Shown piece by piece: positions 22,837-33,168 of a stretch of DNA of 64,000 nucleotides. The stretch comes from Hyphochytrium catenoides (Eukaryota > Protista > Hyphochytriomycota): NCBI GenBank assembly GCA_900088475.1, contig FLMG01000211.1:1-64000 (forward strand). The letters run 5' to 3'. The notes under the pieces were generated by a model. The model worked only from the letters and a program-made list of their open reading frames with translations, had not been told where the DNA came from and did not search any database. Made by a program: the position numbers and the translations under genes. Numbering within the stretch: position 1 is the stretch's first letter; every line of letters begins with the position of its first letter.

Positions 22837-24459
22837 TCATCTAAGCTCTTCCATTGAAATATCCTTGTCAACACTCCCTCCTTGGCCCTTCCGGCACGGT
22901 CGCTCCAATGGCATAGCTGGAGCAGCTAAGAATAGGGTCGCTGGTCTGGACGGGTCATCTTTATCTTTTGCTCTCTGCGTAACTACTTGTTCAGGTTTAA
23001 CAACCTGCTGCTTTGTCAGCGGGCCTTCTTCCTTCTTCCAGCCACTGGAGGGTTCGTCACCTCTGCTCATTACGTCTTGTGGATGATGGTGGCCTGCTGG
23101 GCGCTCTATCTCCAAAACTCTAACTCGACTTTTAAGAATTACACAGTCCTGCGGGTGCTTAAGGGCTGAAATGAAGAGCTTCAGAGTGAGAATGATCAAA
23201 GTATAGCCGCGGCTCAGGAGGAACTCCAGCATAGAGAAGCTCCATCTTCCCGCTGTCCTTCGCAGCACGTAATCATCCCCACATCCCCGTTCCCCCTCTG
23301 TCTCTATAACTTCCTCGTGCTCCAATACTAGTCCCTGCTCCATGTCCAGTCTGTAGACACACATGTGCGGCAGGAGACGAAGGTAGAAAGCGAAGAAGAA
23401 AAGGATGAAGGTGAGTAGACCTGCGCCATAGAGATACCGAGAGCGCTTGCGGATGGTCAGGGGAGCCGCGTCATAAGACATAAGAGTGGACCACAAACTC
23501 AGGAAGGATGTCAGAGCAAAGAGAATGCCCCAGGGAGCCAAGCAGAACACTGTCCCCATTGACAAAGCTAGGAAGAAGAGCTCCGAAGTAAGAACAATGC
23601 CCTCATATGTCCTTAGGCATCTCCGGAGCATTGAGAAGTTCGAGTAAGAGCTCCTTTGCAGCGCCACGATGAGCATACACGCAAAGCTGCCCAGGCTTGC
23701 GATTTGTCCAGATAATTCTGTGACTGGAAGTAGCAGTGTGAAGAAGCTGAGAATAATAAATAGGATGGACACAAGCCATCCCAGTGGTGCGAAGAACCGC
23801 CTCTTTGACCAGTACCATTCATAGAAACGCTCCCCCAGCAGCTGCTCCATTAAGGTCATAGAGCTTTCCTTCTCTGACAGTTCATTGTATACATTTACTG
23901 CCATGAGAACGCGTCTCCTTTTCTGTCCTTGATTTGCGGGGCTTATTGATAGGTGATCAGCCCTTTTGGACGTGAGCTCATTGCGGTCTTCATCCTCTTT
24001 CCCACGAAAGATGTTCTCTTCTCTTCTTCTTCCTAGTACTTTCTGAGTACTTATCCAAGCTGGAGACGAGTCATGGCGCTCTCCTGCTAGGTCTGTTGAT
24101 GACTTTGTAGGAGCTCCGACCTCAGCCTTTGGAGATGGACTTATCTTCACAACTTTAGAAGAGGAGGAGGTTAAGAATGAAGATTTCATCCGTAGTAGGC
24201 TGCCGACGTTCTTCATGGATCTGCTGACGCCAAATTTGCTGCTAGAGGAGGAGACAACAGCCTGTGGCGCGGCAGGCGTTCCACCAACAAGAGCAGCATT
24301 GATAGCTATCTGCAGGGCCGCTAAGCGGTATCGAGTGCCTTCACGAAGGGTCGGCCTGCTCTCCAGAAACCTAAGCAGTGGGTCGCAGAGCATTGCAGCA
24401 GTCTCATCTTCGCCTCTGAGGGCGAGGTTCGGCTTCTTTCCTGTTGCTGTAGCAGGCAT
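22837..24459 (-). CDS. Multipass membrane protein of unknown function with a long basic/Ser-rich N-terminus; intronless
   Basis: An ORF of about 540 aa (first ATG 24459) with 6-7 hydrophobic segments, from FAPLGWLVSILFIILSFFTLLL to GYTLIILTLKLFISAL. Confidence 0.8.
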   Translation of the reverse strand: MPATATGKKPNLALRGEDETAAMLCDPLLRFLESRPTLREGTRYRLAALQIAINAALVGGTPAAPQAVVSSSSSKFGVSRSMKNVGSLLRMKSSFLTSSSSKVVKISPSPKAEVGAPTKSSTDLAGERHDSSPAWISTQKVLGRRREENIFRGKEDEDRNELTSKRADHLSISPANQGQKRRRVLMAVNVYNELSEKESSMTLMEQLLGERFYEWYWSKRRFFAPLGWLVSILFIILSFFTLLLPVTELSGQIASLGSFACMLIVALQRSSYSNFSMLRRCLRTYEGIVLTSELFFLALSMGTVFCLAPWGILFALTSFLSLWSTLMSYDAAPLTIRKRSRYLYGAGLLTFILFFFAFYLRLLPHMCVYRLDMEQGLVLEHEEVIETEGERGCGDDYVLRRTAGRWSFSMLEFLLSRGYTLIILTLKLFISALKHPQDCVILKSRVRVLEIERPAGHHHPQDVMSRGDEPSSGWKKEEGPLTKQQVVKPEQVVTQRAKDKDDPSRPATLFLAAPAMPLERPCRKGQGGSVDKDISMEELR

Positions 24460-26243
24460 TGTCCTTGCTATTCGCAATAGAGTTGTCTGATATTTTCCGT
24501 GTTTCCGACTTTTCGGCCCATTAACCTTCTCCCCACCCTCTCTTCACCATCGAGAGCAGCGGCCGAGATATCTAGTGTAGCACTACTACTGATTACCAAG
24601 AATGAGATTGGGGAGGACGAAGAGTAGCTCCACTAACAGCAGGACGATGATCCCACTACCCGCGTAGTAGGAGCCGTGAAGATGGTCATCATGCATTTGG
24701 ATGGCTTAGTGGAATATGACAGGAATATGACAGTGATGCGAGTGACCCTAGAGGCCACCAACCTCTCCATATAACTAGACGCAGCCATTATAATGTTTAC
24801 TCGCCAGACCCGCCTCCTTGCATGTACCACTATCGGGCGAAAGGAATCTTTATTGCTGTTACGAGGACAAATGAAGAGGACATCAATTAATGTGCGCGTC
24901 AAGGTAGTTCGCTGCAAGTCCTTTTGATGTCTCCTTCCACTGTTGACAAGATGGCACGGGTCTGTTGACTGGTAACAGTACCCATTCACACATCACCATC
25001 CTCCTTTTCTTATAGCATGATCATAATGTCATGAGGATCGGTTGATCGGGCGTTGTAGCTCGCTGCTGCTATGTAAACCGGAGCCTTTTACTGCTTACAA
25101 GAGAAGCTTCTCTCCTTATTGTTCCCACTTCTGCCGCCATTCAGCTCCCACTCCAAACTCACGAAGGGTGGATCTCTGGACGTGGTCTTATCCTTCTTCT
25201 TGCGCCAACTTTGCCCTCTTTCTTCCGTTCATGATAGACTAGACCATCTCTCTCCTGCTGCGACGGCCTTGGAAATGTAGGAACGAGGAGGAGAAAGCAA
25301 GAAGCGACCAGCAGGGCAGCAGGATCGGATCAAAGGAGAAAGAGAGAGACAGAGAGAGAGGAGAGAGGGAGGACGAGATATAGGTCAAGCATGTGATGAG
25401 GAGGAAGAGAGCCAGCTTCTCTCGAAAAAAGTTGTAACGCCCGACCATCGTCCAAAGCTGCGTCTTATTCCATGCGACATTCTATGGATGGTCTGTGCCT
25501 TAGAAACATCAGAAAAGACCAGTGTCGGTTGCAGCTTACCATCCGCTGTCACTGTATGCCATAGACTATCTGAAGGGGGAGTAGAAGTCCGAATATCCTT
25601 GGTCATTCCGACGTCTTGCTCGATGTGCTCCCGCACTGCTGGCCACCAACATCGCCATTTGACATCTCTTCTTCACCTTCTTTCTTGAGCTTTGCTGGTT
25701 GGTCCGTCCTACCCTGCCGCTCCTTGCTTGTGCCTGAGCCTCACACAGTGCTGCTGATGATGGCTGATGATATCCAAGCACGTCTGGGGCCTGTCAAGCC
25801 AGGCCGAGCTGAGCCCCAGGAAACCATGCGTTGAATGTTATTCGGGGATCCAAAGGGTCTAATAGTTCTATCCAAAAGCTGATCATGAGACGATAAGAAG
25901 GATGACAACGAGTTCTTGTCCCTACTAGATTATAGTTCCTGACATCCCTTCTCATAAGATGTGACAGGATTGATGACTGCGTGATGCAAACAAGAAGACC
26001 CACCCAGCAAGCAGAGAACGGCTTCAATCTGGGACTGCCAAGACGGTTATGAGGGGCAGGTCAATGGTGGAGAATTTTCCCCCTGTTGTCTCCAGCTACT
26101 ATCTTTCGCGGATATACTTACGACTCACAAACGCAAGAAGAGTAAGAACATAAATTGTGCGCGGCAACAACAAGCCGCAGTTCAGTCACCTCTAACAAAC
26201 AACTAAAGCGAAATAAGTCAATAACACAGGCCTCGCCTCCTCG

Positions 26244-27485
26244 ATGTCGGCCTTCTCATTGTACCGTTCTTCAAGCAGAAGAAGTGGCCTGGGTGCTATT
26301 GTTGCTTTCTGTTCCATTACTTTAGCCCTTCTGGTTGTGAAGGATAGTCCTCTCGCTTCAGGTGCAAGCAGCCCCAGCCAGCAGGAAGAGACTCAGAAGA
26401 GGGAGGACGCAGAACTCCTTCGGCAAGCTGCCGTCTTCGCCGCAGCTGAGGAAGATGACCGGTACCTTGTTGAGTACTTCGATCATAAGTGTGAGGCAGA
26501 GTTCCCTCCGTTAAGATTGATGAAAGGAGATGAAGCCTCCACCACAACAGGGACCATTTACTATTATGAAGACGTCAAGAGTGTACCTCTTCGAGAGTGC
26601 GAGGCCACTTTATCGGCGTGGGAGCAGCAATGTGAAGAAGCTGCTGTACAAAGCGGAGACGGTTTTCTTTCGGTAGTGGTTACTACCAATGACAAGAGAA
26701 AGGAGTCTCAACAAAAGAAGGCTCACCACTGCCGCAGATGCACGGAGTCGGTGGACGGCAAAGTCTGGCAGATCTATCCGCGTCAAGGGAAGGTAAACTA
26801 TACGCTTTATAAGTTGAATGGGGAAGAGCAACCATGGCCGTATTCCTCAGACTGGCGGGGATACAGGTTAATGGAGAATAACCGCATGGAGTTCCTTCAT
26901 TACCTACCCTCCATAGATACATGTTGCAGGGCTACTCACGTCACACAGAAGGCACAAAGACCTAAAAAGGAGGGACCTTTCGCGCTGCAGTGTACAACGG
27001 GTTCCTTCGCCGGTCGCCACCCCTACTATCCAGTCTCCCATTCTTACGCCCGCGAACTTTTTGCCAAATGCATGAAGGCCTGCAAGAGCTCTGAAGGCGC
27101 CATCTACTCTGGAGGTTGTGGTCTCACTTATGAGAGCTGCTTTGGACTAACGGGAAGGGTGGTCTATGAAGAAGTACCCGGAGGCCTCAAGACTTCAATG
27201 TGGGACATGTCCTGCTTACGACGAGGGAACTTCTTTGACGTCAAATTCAAGAAAGAGGAAGTTATCACAATGGAAGTAGAGGATGACTTGTTGCTGACCT
27301 GCTATCTCGATGGTCCTTGGCTCACCGGTAAGAAGCCTCCGAGGGATGAAAAACTGGTTGTCTACCAGCGGAACGTCAACGATAGTGAGGGTAAAAATGC
27401 AGCCTCTAGTGCCATCTCCGCCAACCAGTGGCAATATATGGCAGTTGCCATGGCCCTTTCCTTGATAAGCTCGCTGGCCCTGTGA
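26244..27485 (+). CDS. Cys-rich secreted, probably GPI-anchored surface protein, paralog A (413 aa, intronless)
   Basis: N-terminal hydrophobic signal (GLGAIVAFCSITLALLVV), 14 Cys aligning with paralog B, then small residues (NAASSA) and a hydrophobic C-terminus (YMAVAMALSLISSLAL). Confidence 0.88.
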   Translation: MSAFSLYRSSSRRSGLGAIVAFCSITLALLVVKDSPLASGASSPSQQEETQKREDAELLRQAAVFAAAEEDDRYLVEYFDHKCEAEFPPLRLMKGDEASTTTGTIYYYEDVKSVPLRECEATLSAWEQQCEEAAVQSGDGFLSVVVTTNDKRKESQQKKAHHCRRCTESVDGKVWQIYPRQGKVNYTLYKLNGEEQPWPYSSDWRGYRLMENNRMEFLHYLPSIDTCCRATHVTQKAQRPKKEGPFALQCTTGSFAGRHPYYPVSHSYARELFAKCMKACKSSEGAIYSGGCGLTYESCFGLTGRVVYEEVPGGLKTSMWDMSCLRRGNFFDVKFKKEEVITMEVEDDLLLTCYLDGPWLTGKKPPRDEKLVVYQRNVNDSEGKNAASSAISANQWQYMAVAMALSLISSLAL

Positions 27486-28299
27486 TCTCAATCTCCGCCA
27501 TGGTACGACTGAGCTTTAGGAAAGTAAATAAGCCAAGAGATAGCCAGCGGACTTGGTAGGTAGTAGGAGGTAAGAATGAGAAGCGACTACCACCTCAGGT
27601 AGGAAAGCTAATGCTAGGAGCCGCTCTTCTTCGTATAGCTTGGCGGTACCTTGGTGCCTATTGCCCACTTTAGCACATTAACTAGTCAATGTATGATTCT
27701 TGCCTTGAGATTGCAGTGAACAGCAACCTGCCTGTCCCTTACGAGCAAGAAGATAATGAACGAGGTAACTTGTTGCTTGGCGTCGCGCCGGTCGAGTCCT
27801 CATAGTTGATGGTGACGCTCAACTCCTCTGAAAGTGCTCAGGAGCTGAGGCGTCTCTTTAGGGCCGATCTACTACGCCATTGCTATTTCCTTCAACCTTT
27901 AATAAGTCTTTAAGTGCTATAAGAAGAGGTGATGGAGGGTCGATGAACGCCTTGCTGATGTGAAGAGCGGACGGAGTATCACTTTCCAAGAGTTAGTGTG
28001 ACTTCACGAAGTGGTATTCAATAGAAGATGTACCACATGGCGGCAACACCTGGCTCCCTAGTCGGCGCTGTCATGCTGCCTGGATCTCGTCGCCGGAAAG
28101 GAGTTCTTAAAGCAGAGTTTGCGAGATGATACCGTCACATCTAGTCCTAGTGGCACTACTGAACACTACTGAGCACTTAGGATGACCAAGTAGGCAGAGC
28201 GGCGAGTGTATCGTACATAACTAGAGTTTGCTGACGAGAGGAGGGATGGGGTCGTCTTTTGGGTCACCGTGGTGGGTTCAACATCATCAGATTATCATC

Positions 28300-29190
28300 A
28301 TAATTTGTCACCATTTGACTTTCTTTCATCACCGACTTTGACCTGTTTGGGGACCTGGCGCTCGTCTGTCGCTGGGCATCGATGCAGGATCCTACGCCAT
28401 GACGGATGGCGGAATCTTGTACTTGGCCCTGTTCGTTCTTCGCAGGACTTGGCGAGGAGCTGATCCCCGGACAGGGTAATACCCAAGGATGGTCGTCGCC
28501 CGGGTGACCTGATTGAGGGCTTTGAGCCTCAGAAAGTCTGCACGCTCTTCAACGTTACTGTCTCTGATAGGCTGCACCCTAACACCTTGCTTCATGCAGC
28601 AGCAGCTCAGACAAAGTTCGTCGTGGAGCATGCGCATAGGAGCAAAGTCGCCCTCCACGAGGAGTGCGCAGATCAAGGCTACAGTTCCTGGCCCTTGGCA
28701 TCGAAGTCCTTTGATGGGGGCACGGAGACGGTTCAGTCCACGGTGAAAGAGTGGGTTAAGGAAATCTCTGACAACAGGTAGGTGTGTGGCAGCGTGGGAC
28801 TTCCTCCGTCTTCTCTCACTGCGACCGCTTATAGAAGACCAATCTCTTTTCTCGTGCAACGCTGCAATAACAATGGGAAGAAGGACTTCCTTTGATTGCT
28901 CCTGCAGCCGTGCCACAGGGAGATGCGGTCCTCCCTCTCCAGCAGAAGTAGGTCAACTTCTGCGAGCTGCTTTCTGCAGGGCTTCTGTAACCAACTCCTT
29001 CCTTGCTTCGGCAGCTTTATCTCTCACTGTTTGTCATCTTCTTGTTTGACAGCCTTGATGCCTTTTGTTGCCCGTCTTCATTCAGCCTTCTAAGGCTTAT
29101 TCTAAATGTTATCTCGTAACGAAGAGTACTTCCCACCTCGAAAGTGCTGTGTTCTTCTTGGGTTTAGGTTTGGGGGGGGAGGGGGGGTCT
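28300..29190 (+). mobile_element. Degenerate 3' end of a CRE-like non-LTR retrotransposon (zinc knuckle + restriction-like endonuclease) with a putative 3'UTR ending in a G-rich tract
   Basis: Translation across one frameshift and two stops gives DLFGDLALVC..RILRHDGWRN..DGRRPGDL..FNVTVSDRL..KVALHEECADQGYSSWPLASKSFDG..RRPISFLVQRCN. This follows the order of RLE-clade motifs (DxxGDHAxxC, RH, RPxD, DVTV, K, PLAxExFG, LSxxxQRxN). Confidence 0.75.
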
Positions 29191-30219
29191 GTGACTGTCT
29201 GGTGGGACGACGACCCATCATGTGCTCAGGTTTTGGACAGGTGAAGCCACCGTCTCATCGGCTTACCCTCGTCCTACCAGCAGACTTAGTTCTACGAGTA
29301 CTGAATGAACGCAGATGCAAGTAGTAGGAGAACTAGTGGTGGGTTGGGGTCAGTAGAAGACTATCTAGTGCTGCTGTGATGATAGTGAACGCTGGTGAAC
29401 GCTGCTGCAGCCACTAGGTGGGTGCCGATGGTGATTATGTCAGTCTGAGCGAGCCCTTGTCTCTAATATAGCCCAGCACACTGCTCGACGATAAGATCAA
29501 CGTCTCAAGGTGTAACAGGAAACAGTGAGACGAGGAACCTGGTCAACATCATGAAGGACACAAAGATGATGGCAAACACCAATGGAGGAACAGCTGAAGG
29601 AACTTCATCTCTCTTGACCTCCACCGTCTCTAACATTCTTCCGCCGCCATATTACCATCATTATTGAGGACGCTGGTGAGACATATGTCAGCATCAGGAC
29701 CACCGGCAGTCATCCAACCATTCAAAATTCTTCTCTTCCTCCTTCCTCTTCGCCCTCGCTTATAAAGGTACTCCTTCTCGCACTACTTAGCAGCCTGGGC
29801 CACTTCTTTCCCATGCGTTCGGCCCTCTTGCCGTGCTACTGGCAAGTGATAGAGCTCGCGACACCCTGCGAGTTCATATCTTCCTAATAATAGATATCAT
29901 ACCACCTCTACGACACTCTTCTATCTGCCACCAAAAAACACTGGCGGATCGGACTGCAGCAGTCTAACTTCTCGGGCATAACTCTTCTTCCTTGACAGCT
30001 CTGCCGCAAAGGAAGCTCGGAGCACTGAAGAACAGAAGAGAGCGAGCAATTACTTATTGAACTCGTCGTCGTCGTCTGCTACGTCCCCCATAGCAGCTGC
30101 AAGGCAACAGCATCAAAAAGTCTGCCCCAAAACACCTCACAACCACCACCACTCTCCACAGCAGTAATTTCGTCTCTGAACAGACCCAACGCCATCACAA
30201 ATCTCCACTACCGACGACC

Positions 30220-31638
30220 ATGCAAACGACACGCCGCCACGGGCTTGTCTTCATTACCATTACTGCTCTGCAATGGCTTCTGTTCTGGGGCAGCAGCATG
30301 AGAAATCTTTGCTCAGCGGTTCCACTACTGAACGCCAACCACCACGCGAGCAACCAGGTCTCGCGTGACCACCTCATCGCAATCAGTAAGGACAGGGATG
30401 GTGGTACAGGAGGAAGGACAGCGCCACTGCTGGGCTTCCGGAACCTCACAGCTGCGAGTAGCTTCATCTCGTCCGCAACGAAAGATGAGGAGACTGATGA
30501 GGACTTTGAGCAACGAGCATGCGAAGAGTCATTTCCTCCTCGCCCGCTAAATCAGACTGGCGGCGATCATCATAGCAATAGCACCTCAACAGATAGCACC
30601 TATTATTTTGACCATGTGAGGAGAGTGCCTCGCGAGGAATGTGACGCCACATATTCCCTTTGGGAGCAGCAGTGTGAGGCGGATGCCCGCAAAGGGCAAG
30701 CCATGTTGTCCTTCTTTCTCAATCCAAGTGAAGAAGACGATAACCGCAAAAAGCCCTATTCCTGTCGTCGCTGTAACGACGAAGTTGACAAGGTATGGCA
30801 GATAAATATGCGTGAGGGGGTCGTGGAATGGACTTATTATTATTCACTGGATGATGAGACTGAAAGGCGCAAGATCAAGTCGGAAGTAATGGGTGGCCTC
30901 TTTTTACCGGGCGAAAGAACACGCTTGCAGTTTCTCTCTTATCAAGAGGGAAACACGCGACCATTCTGCTGCAAGGCCATTCAGACGAGAGCGTTGCCTC
31001 CTCGGGCCGTAGAGGGAGAGCCTACACCAAAATGTGACAGTCTTGGCGGTCTTTATCCTCGAAGATTGCCCCATTATCCGGTTTCCTATACTTATGCCGT
31101 TAAACTCTTTGACCAGTGCATGGCGGCTTGCAAAAAGACCCAAGGAGCAATTTACTTGGCTGGATGTGACTTTGCCTTCGAACGGTGCCTGGGGCGAACG
31201 ACTAGAGTGGTCTATCAGCAAGAGGTGGGAGATAAGGAAGCAGAGTATATGGAAGATATCTTTTGCTCCCGTCGAGGAAACAGCTATATAATCAACTTCA
31301 ACAAGGAGGAAGTCTTCACTATGGAGCTAGAGAACAACGACATGCTAACATGCTATCTCGATGGACCTTGGCTGACCAGCAAGCCTCCGAGGGAAGACAG
31401 CTTTGTCAAATATGACCCAAGCAAAAGGGGTACAGGAAGCCCAATAATACTTCCACCTTCTTCTAATAATGACCCTGGCGAAAACGGGAGAATCTCTCCC
31501 TCGTCCGCTGCTGCCAATTCTCGGTGGTGGCGTGGCTCCTCTTTCACACTGCTCAACGACTTCAATGTGTGTCGCCTGCCTATAGGGGAGACAGCAAGCA
31601 TCTTGGTCGCCATTTTTACGGTGCTGCTAATGTTTTGA
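30220..31638 (+). CDS. Cys-rich secreted, probably GPI-anchored surface protein, paralog B (472 aa, intronless)
   Basis: Signal-like N-terminus (LVFITITALQWLLFWG). Blocks shared with paralog A: CExxFPP, WEQQCE, CRRC, KVWQI, YPVS, GAIY, RVVY, RRGN, KEEVxTME, LTCYLDGPWLT. Hydrophobic C-terminus ILVAIFTVLLMF. Confidence 0.88.
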   Translation: MQTTRRHGLVFITITALQWLLFWGSSMRNLCSAVPLLNANHHASNQVSRDHLIAISKDRDGGTGGRTAPLLGFRNLTAASSFISSATKDEETDEDFEQRACEESFPPRPLNQTGGDHHSNSTSTDSTYYFDHVRRVPREECDATYSLWEQQCEADARKGQAMLSFFLNPSEEDDNRKKPYSCRRCNDEVDKVWQINMREGVVEWTYYYSLDDETERRKIKSEVMGGLFLPGERTRLQFLSYQEGNTRPFCCKAIQTRALPPRAVEGEPTPKCDSLGGLYPRRLPHYPVSYTYAVKLFDQCMAACKKTQGAIYLAGCDFAFERCLGRTTRVVYQQEVGDKEAEYMEDIFCSRRGNSYIINFNKEEVFTMELENNDMLTCYLDGPWLTSKPPREDSFVKYDPSKRGTGSPIILPPSSNNDPGENGRISPSSAAANSRWWRGSSFTLLNDFNVCRLPIGETASILVAIFTVLLMF

Positions 31639-32539
31639 TGACCACAGCAGCAGTGGCTGCTATCAAAAAGGTCGTGGGGGTTATTTGAGGAGAGTAGTAG
31701 AGCAGCACCAGCAGCCGTACGTACATCTTGGAAGTTCTATCACTGACAAGAAAGTATGCGCTAACAAAAAATAATGAGCAATCGGCGGTCTCCGCTCCAT
31801 CAGCAACAGATAGCAGTAACGATCAAGATGCTCATGTCCATGTGTTTGGTTTTTTTTTGTTTTTTTAATGTTCAAACAGCAGCAGCAACTGATTCCACCT
31901 TTTTCACCCTCCAGTGCGAGGCTTGATGATCATCGACAGCAGCTTGCAGAGAAGAAGAAGCAGACATGACTGTCGAGGGTAACATCAATACCCAATGTAG
32001 ACTCTATCTAATTATAAAGATACTCTAATTACTGTCGTCTCAACAAACGGCTGGATGTCGGCAGTAGTAGTTGACCTAACAGACAACGATGATGATGATG
32101 TTGGCTGTTCTCTAAAAGTTCTGCTTCGAAAGTAAGGCAGGGGCCCTTCGAAACAAGAACATTGAGGAAGGAGCAAGTTCCTAGTAGGTTTTTTGCCAGC
32201 AGCATAACTGACAATCCGAATGATGGTTCTTGTTGTTGTTGGTGGGGAGAGGATTGAGCAATGCTGCTCGCTTGCACACAGAAGTAGCAAGCAGGATAGC
32301 TACTTTGAACGCGACGCTCCTCTCGAAGCCTCTACGCCCGTCGTGGCAGCCCACCACTAAGCGTAAAATGTATACTATGCGAGCATACCTAATTATCATC
32401 CTTGAGCAAAGGATGATGTCAGACTGTAATAGAGGATTGTATTCCTAAACTGTTCACTCTCCCCGCAGCATCATTGTTGCTCCTCCTCATTCACCAGAAG
32501 AAAGAACCACCGGTCTGACTTCCCGCTGCAAAAAGGATG

Positions 32540-32609
32540 GAAGATGGACTGTGGCTTGTGGACAGGAGAGAAGAAGATGGACTGTGGCTTGTGGACAGGA
32601 GAGAAGAAG
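32540..32609. repeat. Perfect 33-bp tandem duplication (GAAGATGGACTGTGGCTTGTGGACAGGAGAGAA x2)
   Basis: Copies at 32540-32572 and 32573-32605, plus a 4-nt partial third copy. Confidence 0.92.
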
Positions 32610-33168
32610 GCACAGGGCGTTCCTCATCCATCACCATACACTCGTCGCCAGCGGATGCAAGGCAACAGATCGCATCGTGAAGCAGCTGTCCTTCGCCAAA
32701 ACAGCAGGCGCAGGCTGGTCCTGGTCGGACAGCTGTAGAGAAAAAAGATGTTTGAGTTTTTATAGAGATCTTTATGAGATCCCAAGGCGTTGTCCTTGCT
32801 GGGGAATAAATGTTAGAGAAAGGAGGGAAAGGAGGGGGGTTTCTGGAGTTCTTTGTAATTTCGGGTGTGATCTAGCCGTTGGAGGCTTTAGGTATGGAGC
32901 TTGTTTTAGGAGGCATCATGAAGATCTTTGGAGGATCCCATCATCATCAACATTGAAGAAGCGCTGATCTTCTTGATCAAGGAAGACCATGAACGAGACT
33001 GCTGGTGGCGTTTCTAACGTAGCGGCAATGACACAGAGAGCCCGCTGGTTAAGGTTCTCGTGAACAACAAGTTGTTTCTTCCAGTTGGTCAGCATCAGCA
33101 TCCGGCATAATTAGAGGAGGACGAGGACTATAGTTTAGTAGTAGTAGCAGGAGGAGCGAGGAGGATCG

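Noticed and set aside
24560-26040. Short ORFs between the membrane-protein gene and paralog A (similarly 16300-17500, 31700-32500, 34200-35000 and 58600-59500)
   Set aside because: No recognisable domain or consistent splice model. They may be decayed genes or UTRs but cannot be supported as features.
32540-32609. 33-bp repeat as a CRISPR-like array
   Set aside because: Only two abutting copies with no spacers, a eukaryotic context and no cas genes.
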